In this document: in pieces, positions 1 to 8,217 of the stretch | Numbering within the stretch: position 1 is the first letter of the stretch | Layout of the letters: every line of letters starts with the position of its first letter | Assembly (NCBI GenBank): GCA_035575715.1 | Contig: DATLXN010000006.1 | Span: forward strand, 6,476 to 70,475 | Source: Vicinamibacterales bacterium | GTDB lineage: Bacteria; Acidobacteriota; Vicinamibacteria; Vicinamibacterales; UBA2999 | Length of the DNA: 64,000 nucleotides | Direction: 5' to 3' | The notes under the pieces: model-generated | The model's input: the letters and a program-made list of their open reading frames with translations, nothing else | Told to the model about the DNA's origin: nothing | Database searches by the model: none | Program-made: the position numbers and the translations under genes

Positions 1-42
1 GCTGCCGCCGACCGACGCGTAGCACGCGATGCCAATCTTCAT
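1..42 (-). CDS. bshA: First 14 codons of a BshA-like GT4 glycosyltransferase (gene runs off the left edge)
   Basis: Reverse complement of 1-42 reads MKIGIACYASVGGS, resembling the KIGITCYPSVGGSG N-terminus of BshA. It starts 8 nt after the bshB1 stop on the same strand. Confidence 0.5.
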   Translation of the reverse strand, partial: MKIGIACYASVGGS

Positions 43-50
43 GGACGCCG

Positions 51-758
51 TCAGGGCACGTGCTGTAACAGCCCCGACCGCTGCAGAGGCTCACGCACGA
101 CGATCCCTTCTGCGAACGCGACGCCGGCGAGGGCCCCGAACTGCGCATCGCGGCTCTCGATGAGCTGCCGGAAGGTGGGCGCGGTCAATCGCGTCGCGAC
201 GGCACCGTCGTCGACGGGCGCAAATTGGCTGCGATAACATTCCAGCGCCTGTCGCTTGCGCGGATAGTGCGCCGAGACGTCAACGACAAACGACGGCGTC
301 GCGCCGTCGTTGATGAAGTAGTAGCACACCCAGTCCGCCCGCCAAGCCGCCGCGTCCGTCTCGTAGCGACCAAGCCCACTCTTGAAAGCCGCCACGCGCA
401 ACACCTGGCTGGCCGCGACGTGATCCGGGTGCCGGTCATCCCAATAAGGCACCGCGATCGTCCGAGGACGACAGCGGCGAATCAGATCGACCGCGGCCCG
501 GACCGTCGCGGGCGTGGTGGTAATGCCGCCGTCAGGCCATCCGAGATTTTCCCGCCACTCGACGCCCAACACGCGCGCGGCCTCTTCCGCTTCGGCTTGG
601 CGCTGGTCCGGCGTTCCATTGCTCGACAGCTCGGCCCTGGTGAGATCACACACGCCGACGCGGTGGCCAGCGGTCGTGTGACGCGCAATCGTGCCGCCCA
701 GGCCAAGCTCGATGTCGTCGGCGTGGGGACCGAACACGAGCAGATCGAGTGATTCCAT
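51..758 (-). CDS. bshB1: LmbE/PIG-L family deacetylase, bacillithiol biosynthesis deacetylase BshB1-like
   Basis: ORF 51..860 trimmed to the ATG at 758 (MESLDLLVFGPHADDIELGLGG). Motifs CDLTRAELSSNGT, PYWDDRHPDH and ECYRSQF parallel Bacillus BshB1. A BshA-like start lies directly downstream. Confidence 0.85.
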   Translation of the reverse strand: MESLDLLVFGPHADDIELGLGGTIARHTTAGHRVGVCDLTRAELSSNGTPDQRQAEAEEAARVLGVEWRENLGWPDGGITTTPATVRAAVDLIRRCRPRTIAVPYWDDRHPDHVAASQVLRVAAFKSGLGRYETDAAAWRADWVCYYFINDGATPSFVVDVSAHYPRKRQALECYRSQFAPVDDGAVATRLTAPTFRQLIESRDAQFGALAGVAFAEGIVVREPLQRSGLLQHVP

Positions 759-798
759 CGTTTCTGCGACGACAGTAGCGTACAACCAACTCGTCCAA

Positions 799-981
799 AT
801 GAAACACTCCGGCACCATAATCGCCGTCGCACTCGTGGTCGCCGCGATTGTCGGGCGCACGCGGACGGCGCCCGTTCAAGGCACGCATTGGGACTTCGGG
901 CCGGAGTACGGCCGTCCCACCGGCACCGGCGATTATCAGGCGCCGCGCGAGTTCAGTTTCTCAGTCGGCGTGCGTTTCTAA
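799..981 (+). CDS. Small hypothetical protein (60 aa) with one hydrophobic N-terminal segment
   Basis: ATG at 799 inside ORF 691..981: MKHSGTIIAVALVVAAIVG... ending FSFSVGVRF. It is divergent from bshB1. No clear SD and no recognisable family. Confidence 0.2.
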   Translation: MKHSGTIIAVALVVAAIVGRTRTAPVQGTHWDFGPEYGRPTGTGDYQAPREFSFSVGVRF

Positions 982-1071
982 TCGAACGGAGCTCACCGAC
1001 GTCGCCGAGCGTTGCGACCTTCACCTTGACGCACCGATTTCGCGACCGGGCTGACAACGCTCAAAGCGATC

Positions 1072-2580
1072 TCACTTGATCAGCGCCGTGTCGGGAAACT
1101 GCGCGTACCAGCCGAACCAGAAGGCGCGGTGAGCTGGCACGCGCGGCAGGCGTGCGGTCTCATCGTTCGCACGCGTCAATGCCTGTTCACTCCATCGCCA
1201 CTGCTCACCCTCCGCATCCAGCACCAGGTGCTCGCCGAGCAGCCGCACGAACCGCACATTTGACGAGCCGGCGTCGAAGACGCGATTAGCGCCCTGGGCT
1301 GTCGTCAGAGCGACGAATCGGCGACCGCCAATCTCGAAGTGGTAGACCTGATTCTTCTTGAGCAGCGCCGCGGCAATCGCAACGGCGGCTGGCTCGCCGC
1401 CGCCGGCTGGAGCGACTTGCAACGCCAGAACCTCGTCCTTCTTCTTCAGCCGGGTGTCGGTGTTCGAGACGCGAAAGTACAGGTCGTCGGTCGAAAAATA
1501 TTCGCGGTAGGCCGCGCCTTCGCCGTAATCCCTCTTGTGGCCGGTGTCGAGTGACAGGACGGTTGTCGTCGGATGCTCGGCGCGCCATTCGCCCCACGTC
1601 GTCGTGACGACGCCGTGCATCGTCAGCTGAAGATCGCTACCGGCCAGCGGGCCGACCACCGGCCGGCCCTCCAGCGTCGACCACAGGCTCAGCGTCTCTT
1701 CGTCGAACATCAGCTTGTTCGATCGGTAAAGCAAGCCGCTGGTCCCGAAGCGTCGCACCTGGCCGCCGGCGCGGCTCTCGTACGGAATGACGGTGCCGCA
1801 CAGCGTGCAGTAGACGATCGTCATCTCGACGCCGCCGATGCGATCGATCGCCATCTCGTGCCACGCGAGGATACGTTTGGGATAGGCGCGTGCCTCGCCA
1901 TTGATCACGACCCCAAACACAATGTGACTGTCGCGCAGGTATGGTGCGTCCGTGGCCGATAGCTGCTTCGGATAATAGAGCGGCGGGATGCCATTGACCT
2001 GCACGCCACCCCAGTCGATCTCGTCGAGGCGAATGAGCGAGGTTGCGTCTGGTCGAAAGAACCCCGCCATCCGTGGATCGATCTGCGCGTAGACCGCGCC
2101 CTTGAAGCGCATGTAATCGGGATGCGGCGCCGCGGGCAAGGTCCACATCCACTCGCGCCAGGCGTTGAGGTTGTCACCGAAGCGCTGCTTGGTCTGGCGC
2201 TCCAGAAAACTGATCAGCCGTCGGCGTGCGATCGACTCGCGACGAATCGGCGCGGCGGCGCGATCGAGTGTGTCGCCGCCACGCGAACCGGCGAAGTCGG
2301 TCGCATCGTCGGCGGCCAAACCGGGGGTCTGATCGCTGCCGGCGTCACGGGGTGCGGCCCGCATCAAACGCGCGAGGTCGATGATCATCGCGGCATAGCT
2401 GTCGCGCCAGCCGCGGGCGATCTCATCGAGCGCCGGTCGCGCTTTCCGTTCGTCGCTCCCGGCGGCCGCGAAGAACAGGTCGATGGGTGGTGCGGGTGCC
2501 CCCGCGGCAGGCTGACCGCCCGGCCCCGCCGCCGTCGCGAGCGCGGCAGCCAACATCAACGCTGCGAATCGCATTGTCAC
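1072..2580 (-). CDS. DUF3179 domain-containing exported protein
   Basis: 502-aa ORF with a signal-like N-terminus (MTMRFAALMLAAALATAAG) and DUF3179-type motifs (IVYCTLCGT, RFGTSGLLYRSNKLMFDEET). Confidence 0.75.
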   Translation of the reverse strand: MTMRFAALMLAAALATAAGPGGQPAAGAPAPPIDLFFAAAGSDERKARPALDEIARGWRDSYAAMIIDLARLMRAAPRDAGSDQTPGLAADDATDFAGSRGGDTLDRAAAPIRRESIARRRLISFLERQTKQRFGDNLNAWREWMWTLPAAPHPDYMRFKGAVYAQIDPRMAGFFRPDATSLIRLDEIDWGGVQVNGIPPLYYPKQLSATDAPYLRDSHIVFGVVINGEARAYPKRILAWHEMAIDRIGGVEMTIVYCTLCGTVIPYESRAGGQVRRFGTSGLLYRSNKLMFDEETLSLWSTLEGRPVVGPLAGSDLQLTMHGVVTTTWGEWRAEHPTTTVLSLDTGHKRDYGEGAAYREYFSTDDLYFRVSNTDTRLKKKDEVLALQVAPAGGGEPAAVAIAAALLKKNQVYHFEIGGRRFVALTTAQGANRVFDAGSSNVRFVRLLGEHLVLDAEGEQWRWSEQALTRANDETARLPRVPAHRAFWFGWYAQFPDTALIK

Positions 2581-2670
2581 AGTCTACCGCGCGACACACG
2601 GCGGGCTGTTTGGTATAAACGTCGCTATGGTGACCCCAGCAGGAGTCACGGCATACTGGACGGAGCACTG

Positions 2671-3207
2671 ATGGCCTTCATTCGATATCTGGACGAGACC
2701 GAGCTGCCGGTGGCGGACCGCGTGCCGGATTCCGACAACATTTTGCGGATTCACAGCGTGCACCCGGCGGTTATGCGCCAGCACTATGAGCTGTACCTCG
2801 AAGTAATGCATCGGCCCGGGCCGCTCACGCGCCGGCAGCGGGAAGTTATCGCGGTGCGGATCTCAGCGTTGAACCGGTGCCACTATTGACTGCATCACCA
2901 CGGAGCGGGACTCCGTCGCATTCTGAGCGCCGAGGGCATGGCCGCTGACGCACAGACCGCATTGATCGATGGGTTGACTGCCGAGGCGCTGGACGACGAG
3001 GCAGACCTGACGCCAGCCGATCGCGTCCTTCTCGAGTATGCGGAGGCGCTGACGCTGACGCCGTCTGCCATCACCGGCTCGCACATCGAGCGGCTGCGAT
3101 CCGCCGGCTTCGACGATCGCGCGATCCACGACGCGTGTGCGATCGTGGCTTACTTCGCCTTTGTCAACCGGATCGCCGATGGCCTGGGCGTTGAGCTCGA
3201 AGAGTAA
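2671..3207 (+). CDS. AhpD/carboxymuconolactone-decarboxylase family peroxidase-related protein with in-frame TGA (2887-2889); candidate selenoprotein
   Basis: ATG at 2671 preceded by GGAG. ORFs 2122..2889 and 2938..3207 share one frame and are separated only by the TGA. Read-through gives 178 aa with the family motif N-R-C-H-Y-[TGA]-L-H-H-H and a conserved C-terminal half (ADRVLLEYAEALT, DRAIHDACAIVAYFAFVNRIADGLG). Confidence 0.75.
2900..2916 (+). promoter_or_regulatory. Candidate bacterial SECIS hairpin
   Basis: ACGGAG (2900-2905) pairs with CTCCGT (2911-2916). The apical loop is CGGGA. The stem begins 10 nt after the TGA, and TGC 2891-2893 could pair with GCA 2918-2920 as a lower stem. Confidence 0.45.
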
Positions 3208-3208
3208 A

Positions 3209-3254
3209 GGGATCAGGAGGGATCGGGATCGTCGAATACATCCGCTACGGGATC
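3209..3254. repeat. Cluster of four GGGATC hexamers in a convergent spacer
   Basis: GGGATC occurs at 3209, 3219, 3225 and 3249. It shares the AGGGATC/GATCCCT core seen at 9993-10027 and 60809-60871. Confidence 0.5.
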
Positions 3255-3330
3255 GCAGAGGCTCACGACGCGTTCGAGCAGGCACGAGCGCCCGCATCAA
3301 TTCTTTCCGGTTGCTCACGCTGCGATACAA

Positions 3331-3855
3331 CTACCTCCTCAGGACGGGCAAATACGCCTGCCATGCCCCGACCGCTTCCGTGTACTGCTTCGCCATCACT
3401 CTGACGATCTGCCCGATATGGCCGAGGTCATGCACTACCCATGTCGAAAGCAACTGACTGAGCGTCACCACCCCAAGTTCAGGATGCGTGCCACGCTTTC
3501 CGAACATCGCTGGCGTTAAGTTCATCCCCTCCAACTCCCGCAGACTCTCTCCTCGGAGCCACTCGAACCTGTCCAGCAGCTCGCCCAAACTCTTACCTCT
3601 TGATTTCTCGAACATGGCGAAGCGGTCGAATGGTTCGAAGGTGCCTCTCTCGCCACACTCCAAAATGATCTTGGCACGCGGAATCCAATCGGTCTCCTCC
3701 CCGTGGATCAGATGGCCCACCACATCGAAGGGGCTCCAGCCCCCAACGCCTTCGTTTGAAAGGACCCACTCTTCAGGGAGGTGACGCAGCAGCGCATTCA
3801 GCGTAGCAGGAGTACGCCTGAGAATTTCTTTAGCATGATCAAGTTGGAATTCCAT
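3331..3855 (-). CDS. DinB-family (YfiT-like) metal-dependent protein
   Basis: ORF 3331..3918 trimmed to the ATG at 3855 (MEFQLDHAKEILRRTPATLNALL). DinB-type His pattern (VGHLIHGEETDW, VVHDLGHIGQI). Visibly lower GC than the flanks. Confidence 0.7.
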   Translation of the reverse strand: MEFQLDHAKEILRRTPATLNALLRHLPEEWVLSNEGVGGWSPFDVVGHLIHGEETDWIPRAKIILECGERGTFEPFDRFAMFEKSRGKSLGELLDRFEWLRGESLRELEGMNLTPAMFGKRGTHPELGVVTLSQLLSTWVVHDLGHIGQIVRVMAKQYTEAVGAWQAYLPVLRR

Positions 3856-4036
3856 AGACGGCCGACCTCGCAAACGTCGTCTTTCATAAAGATCGTCCCG
3901 ATCGAGCACCGGCTTCAATCGACGATCGGCGTACCGTCGAGAGCTTCCTAGTCGCGGACTCGAATTTTGAGGCTCTCAATCGCGAGAATCAGCACCCGGT
4001 GGCCCATTGCCACTCACATGTGCACGACGAGTCCGG

Positions 4037-4393
4037 CTAGCCGGATGCTACCCGCTCAGACAACCGCGGATACTGCGTCACCGCCCCAGACGGCGACACC
4101 GTCAAGGTTCCGGAGTAACCCACGGTTGGAGCGTCGTATTGGTACTTGGCGCGTCCGATCCGCCGGTAGATCTGCGGAAGCAATACCAGCCGCCTCTCGG
4201 GAAACTGCAGGTAGGCAGCCGGAGCTTCGGCGTACTGACCCACCTTCAAGACAGGCGGCGCAGGGCAATCAGATTCGTGGCCGGCGGCTGCGCCGGAAAG
4301 GCGCCACCCGTTAGACGGCTTGAAAAGGCGGCAACTATCGTGGCCGGGGTGGTCGACTTTTCGCCAGAAGAACATCGCGGTGAGAGGCAACAT
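4037..4393 (-). CDS. Hypothetical ORF, possibly a decayed remnant
   Basis: ATG at 4393 within ORF 4037..4564 (MLPLTAMFFWRKVDHPGHD...). No family recognised. It sits in a stretch containing other gene fragments. Confidence 0.2.
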   Translation of the reverse strand: MLPLTAMFFWRKVDHPGHDSCRLFKPSNGWRLSGAAAGHESDCPAPPVLKVGQYAEAPAAYLQFPERRLVLLPQIYRRIGRAKYQYDAPTVGYSGTLTVSPSGAVTQYPRLSERVASG

Positions 4394-4394
4394 C

Positions 4395-4577
4395 CTAGTT
4401 GTACACGAGGATCTGCATGTTCCTGTTTCGTCTTTCGAGTTTCGTCTTTCGAGATTTGCCTTCAGGCGTTTCACCTGGGTCGATGTCCAAGGCTGCGGTG
4501 AGGAGCCCAATCGCCAGCCCGATCGCGAGAAGGTGATACTCGAATCCCTCGCCCGCCTGCGCACCGGACCAGTTCAT
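4395..4577 (-). pseudogene. Possible DoxX-family C-terminal fragment
   Basis: NWSGAQAGEGFEYHLLAIGLAIGLLTAALDID resembles the C-terminal helix of DoxX proteins. No N-terminal part is present. Confidence 0.3.
4425..4452. repeat. Direct tandem duplication, 2 x 14 nt (GTTTCGTCTTTCGA)
   Basis: Identical units at 4425-4438 and 4439-4452. Confidence 0.8.
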
Positions 4578-4801
4578 GAAGAAACCGAACCGCAGGTGCG
4601 GCAGAGCGCCATTGCGCTGAAAGGCGGGAGCGAAATCCGCCCGACGTGAAACATCTGCAAGAAGATGCGCCCGCCGGCCGCGTGGACCGCGTCGGTCACG
4701 CGCTGCCAGCCGCGACCCTGCGCATCAGTGTGGATGCCTGGCGTGTCCGGGTAGCCCACCCCTTCCGGTGCGACTTGCGTCGCCTCGGTCACGATCGTCA
4801 C
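4574..4801 (-). pseudogene. Fragment of an Old Yellow Enzyme-type NADH:flavin oxidoreductase
   Basis: EATQVAPEGVGYPDTPGIHTDAQGRGWQRVTDAVHAAGGRIFLQMFHVGRIS matches the conserved N-terminal third of OYE/NemA enzymes. About 55 N-terminal residues and the rest of the barrel are missing. Confidence 0.55.
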
Positions 4802-4846
4802 TCTCGCGAGGAGGCGCGCGGGCGTCGAACGCGATACTGTTGCGGG

Positions 4847-6403
4847 GTGACTCTCCGTTTTTTCGTTACGTTGTCGTCACTGGCCCTGCTGCTCGCCGGC
4901 TGCGCACCGCGCGCGGCGCAACCCTTGGCGACGACGCCAGCCAGCGGACCTTCCATAGCGACGCCCACGCAGCGCGATCGTTGGCTGGAGATGTTCGCGC
5001 GCGGCTATTTCCCCGGCCGCAGCGGACAGGTCTTTTATGTGCTGCGGCAAGGCGACTTCCTCTGGGACAAGAACCCGCTGTACGCCTTCATGCACGGTTC
5101 GCCGTGGCCCTACGACACGCGAATCCCGCTCTTGCTTCATGGCGCACCGTTCATTCGCCAAGGTTTATTCACTGGTGCCGCGCGGCAGCAGGATGTTGCG
5201 CCGACGTTTGCTGCGCTCCTCGGCACCACTCCGCCACCGACGGCCACTGGCCGCGTGTTATCCGAGGCCCTCGCGCCCTCGACGAGCCGCCCGCGCGTCG
5301 TGGCCCTGTTCGTGCTCGACGGCATGCGCGCCGATTACTTCGATCTTTACAAAGACGTGATGCCGACCTTGACGCGTCTGCGCGCCGAAGGCGCGTCATT
5401 TCCGAACGCGCAGGTCGACTACATTCCGACACTCACCAGCGTCGGCCACGCCACGCTTGGCACCGGCACGGATCCGCGCATCCACGGCCTGGTCGTCAAC
5501 AACCTCTTCAATCGCGTCACCAATAAGTCGCAGGAGTCGTACGACCGCCTCAATCCGCAAGAGTTGATGGCGTTGACCCTTGCCGACACCTGGAACATCG
5601 CCACCGATGGCCGCGCGGTGATCATTGGACAGGGCGGCGCGATTCGCGCGACCGCGGGACTGGTCGGGCGTGGTGCGTGTCTAATCAACGGGCGCAAGGT
5701 GATCGCGGCGAGTTACGCCGCCGTCGAGAGCGGTGCGTGGGAGACCAACGGCGACTGCTACACGATGTCCGACGCACTCAAGCCGTTGAACGCGAGGCGG
5801 TACTGGGAGAACGCCGGCGGCTCGTGGATGGGCCACGACATTTCGACAGCGTCGCGCTTCCGTAACTCGAGCCTCTTTCAGCGCTACGAAGGCGATGCGC
5901 TGGTGGCCATTCTCGAACGTGAAGCGATTGGTGCGGACGACATCACCGATATGGTGATGGTCAATCTGAAAGGCCCCGACTACGTCGGTCATGCCTATGG
6001 TCCGCAGTCACCGGAAATCAAGGAGACGCTCGCCGAACTCGATCGGCAAATGGCGCGCGCGCTGGCGACCCTTCAACAGAAAGCCGGCGCCAATCAGGTC
6101 GTCGTCGCGATCACCGCGGACCACGGGATGCCGGGTGAGCCTGCCGCCGGCGCGCGCCGCCTGATCATGGCGGACATTGTCAACGCCGTTCACGATCGCT
6201 TTGATGCCAAGGGCCGCACGGTGGTGCAGTATTTTGGCGACCCGGCCAACTCGCAGTTTCACCTCGACACGGCGCGATTGCAGACGCTCGGCTTCTCGTT
6301 GAAGGATGTGGCGACGTTCCTGGAGGGCCAGCTGTTTACCGCGGCATTTACCGAGGACGAAGTCCGCGCCGCGCAAGTGCGTCTCGCGGCGCAGCGGCCG
6401 TAG
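4847..6403 (+). CDS. Alkaline-phosphatase superfamily lipoprotein (nucleotide pyrophosphatase/phosphodiesterase-like)
   Basis: GTG at 4847 gives a lipoprotein-type signal (VTLRFFVTLSSLALLLAGC). Motifs VLDGMRADYF, TLTSVGHATLGTGTDP, KGPDYVGHAYGP and ITADHGM. Confidence 0.8.
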   Translation: MTLRFFVTLSSLALLLAGCAPRAAQPLATTPASGPSIATPTQRDRWLEMFARGYFPGRSGQVFYVLRQGDFLWDKNPLYAFMHGSPWPYDTRIPLLLHGAPFIRQGLFTGAARQQDVAPTFAALLGTTPPPTATGRVLSEALAPSTSRPRVVALFVLDGMRADYFDLYKDVMPTLTRLRAEGASFPNAQVDYIPTLTSVGHATLGTGTDPRIHGLVVNNLFNRVTNKSQESYDRLNPQELMALTLADTWNIATDGRAVIIGQGGAIRATAGLVGRGACLINGRKVIAASYAAVESGAWETNGDCYTMSDALKPLNARRYWENAGGSWMGHDISTASRFRNSSLFQRYEGDALVAILEREAIGADDITDMVMVNLKGPDYVGHAYGPQSPEIKETLAELDRQMARALATLQQKAGANQVVVAITADHGMPGEPAAGARRLIMADIVNAVHDRFDAKGRTVVQYFGDPANSQFHLDTARLQTLGFSLKDVATFLEGQLFTAAFTEDEVRAAQVRLAAQRP

Positions 6404-6411
6404 TATCGAGG

Positions 6412-6918
6412 TTAAGGCGCAACCGTGAGCTTCGGGACGAACTGAATAAAACGAACCGACGACGACGCCGGCCGGGCACGCTCATAAATCGCGTTGGCCA
6501 GTTCGAGTGCGTCGCCGCCCTGTCCCGACGAGGGCCGGATGATCATTCGATCCGCACGGTCTTCAACGATCACGTGCTCAATCGCTTGCCCGTCCGCCAG
6601 GACATCTAACACGGCCCGCCGCTGCCTGGCGTCGTCGAATTCGACGCGGACTTCCGGCATCGCCGCCATGACCGATCGCTCGCGCTTGTAGACGGGTTGC
6701 AAGGCACCCGCTTTCTCCAACTTGGCGAGTGTGCCCTTTCCGAGTGCTGAACGTCGGGCCAGGAGCACGCCTGCGCCCTGACGCAATTCGCTACCAACCG
6801 CGAGCCGTACTTCAGGGTCGAGTCCCGCCAGGCGCGCGACCTTTTCGTCCACCGCCACGTGGTCGCCGTCTGTGTCAATCTCGACTTTTTCCCCCGCAGC
6901 GTAGTAGTACGTCCCCAT
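6412..6918 (-). CDS. Hypothetical protein downstream of the S8 peptidase (possible stand-alone pro-domain-like protein)
   Basis: 168 aa, MGTYYYAAGEKVEIDTDGDHVAVDEK...ALELANAIYERARPASSSVRF. From memory it resembles N-terminal extensions of some S8 peptidases. No signal peptide. Confidence 0.55.
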   Translation of the reverse strand: MGTYYYAAGEKVEIDTDGDHVAVDEKVARLAGLDPEVRLAVGSELRQGAGVLLARRSALGKGTLAKLEKAGALQPVYKRERSVMAAMPEVRVEFDDARQRRAVLDVLADGQAIEHVIVEDRADRMIIRPSSGQGGDALELANAIYERARPASSSVRFIQFVPKLTVAP

Positions 6919-6969
6919 CCATCGATCATAGTGCTGCGCGCGCCTACCGCTCCGGTGACCACGCGGAGG

Positions 6970-8217
6970 TTACCGGGAAGCTGGCTTTTTTGCCGCTTTT
7001 GCCCTGCGGCTCGACGCACCCGCCTTCTTGGCGGCTTTCTTTTTACCCGACGTCTTTGCTGGAGGTGGTGGTTGAGTGGTGCCCGCGACCTTGGCCTCGG
7101 AGACGGCGCGACCGAGATCGAGTCGACCCCAGCCTAACTCCGGCGTCCAGGTGCTCTGTCCCTTGAGCTTCTTGGCGGTCTTCGCCAGGAGATCGCGAAT
7201 GCTACTTGCACTCAAGGCGGGATTGGCGCTGATCATCAGCGCAGCGGCGGCGGCAACCGCCGGGGTCGCCGACGAGGTGCCGTTGAACGTCTTGGTGAAG
7301 TCCGCGCCGTCGTAGCCCGCCGCCCCAACGATGTCGGTGGTCCAGATGAACACGCCAGGTGCCAGCAGGTGCAGCGTCGCCCCAAAGCATGAGCCCCACC
7401 AGTTCTCACCGTCCGACGACGTACGTGTTTTCCGCTGGTCGTCATGATTCGAAGCGCCGACCGTGATGTAGCCGGGCAAGGTGCCTGGGAAGTGGAGCGG
7501 ACTCTGAGAATTGCCGGCCGCGATGGCCACGACTGCGCCGCGGCCGTTACGTCCCTGTGTCCGGGCGCGTGCAAATGCGCGGCTGATCGCATCGCTTGGT
7601 GCGCCGCCGCCCCACGAATTCGACAGCACAGACGCATCCTGCCGCCAGCACCAATCGATGGCATCGGCTGTGGCGAAGTCGTCGAAGACCCAGCCATTGT
7701 TGGGGGTGCCATCGCCCATCGCGATTCGGGCGGCAATGAGTGAACAGCCCGGAGCAATGCCGGGATACGCCTGATCTCGCGAGAGGACAATCCCGGCGCA
7801 CGCGGTACCGTGTGCGTCGTTGCCGTCTGGCATCGCCGAATTGCCGTTGCCGCCGATGAAATCGCGCTCGGCCACGACAGCTGCCTTCAGCGACGGATGG
7901 GTGGTATCCACACCTTCATCGAGTACGGCAATCCTGACCTCGGCCGCGCCTCGAGTGATCTTCCACGCTTTCTGCACCCCGATCAGGGCGTGCGACCAAG
8001 CGGCCTTTGGCGCCGACGGTGCCAGCGGCGCGACCAGACGCAGAAAGTTTGGCGAGACTGATCCAACCTCGCGTTTCAGCAGCAGATCGACGAGGCCGAA
8101 GACCTGCTCAATGGAATCGACGCGGAGCAGCACCTTGCCATCGAGGCCTTCTTCGACCACGCGAGCGCCATAAGTTGGTCGCCGCGGCGAGATCCGCCTG
8201 GCGCAGCCCTTCGGCAA
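6970..8217 (-). CDS. S8 family serine peptidase (subtilase) with Lys/Ala-rich basic C-terminal tail
   Basis: Catalytic motifs AVLDEGVD (Asp), DAHGTACAG (His), SNSWGG (Asn) and GTSSATPAVAAAAAL (Ser). The tail reads PPPPAKTSGKKKAAKKAGASSRRAKAAKKPASR. The start is uncertain: GTG at 8160 (VVEEGLDGKVLLRV) is an alternative. No signal peptide. Confidence 0.85.
   Translation of the reverse strand: MPKGCARRISPRRPTYGARVVEEGLDGKVLLRVDSIEQVFGLVDLLLKREVGSVSPNFLRLVAPLAPSAPKAAWSHALIGVQKAWKITRGAAEVRIAVLDEGVDTTHPSLKAAVVAERDFIGGNGNSAMPDGNDAHGTACAGIVLSRDQAYPGIAPGCSLIAARIAMGDGTPNNGWVFDDFATADAIDWCWRQDASVLSNSWGGGAPSDAISRAFARARTQGRNGRGAVVAIAAGNSQSPLHFPGTLPGYITVGASNHDDQRKTRTSSDGENWWGSCFGATLHLLAPGVFIWTTDIVGAAGYDGADFTKTFNGTSSATPAVAAAAALMISANPALSASSIRDLLAKTAKKLKGQSTWTPELGWGRLDLGRAVSEAKVAGTTQPPPPAKTSGKKKAAKKAGASSRRAKAAKKPASR

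Noticed and set aside
2122-2670. 5' two-thirds of ORF 2122..2889
   Set aside because: This part is antisense to the DUF3179 gene and intergenic DNA. The AhpD-like similarity and a good SD begin only at ATG 2671.
4574-4576. TGA joining ORFs 4574..4801 and 4037..4564 in one frame
   Set aside because: The read-through sequence (…SS-U-TGPVRRRARDSS…) is low-complexity and unlike OYE enzymes at that position. It is interpreted as pseudogene decay, not Sec.
6919-6972. S8 peptidase and downstream 168-aa ORF are in the same frame
   Set aside because: The separating stop is TAA, and the downstream ORF has its own ATG. There is no evidence for read-through.
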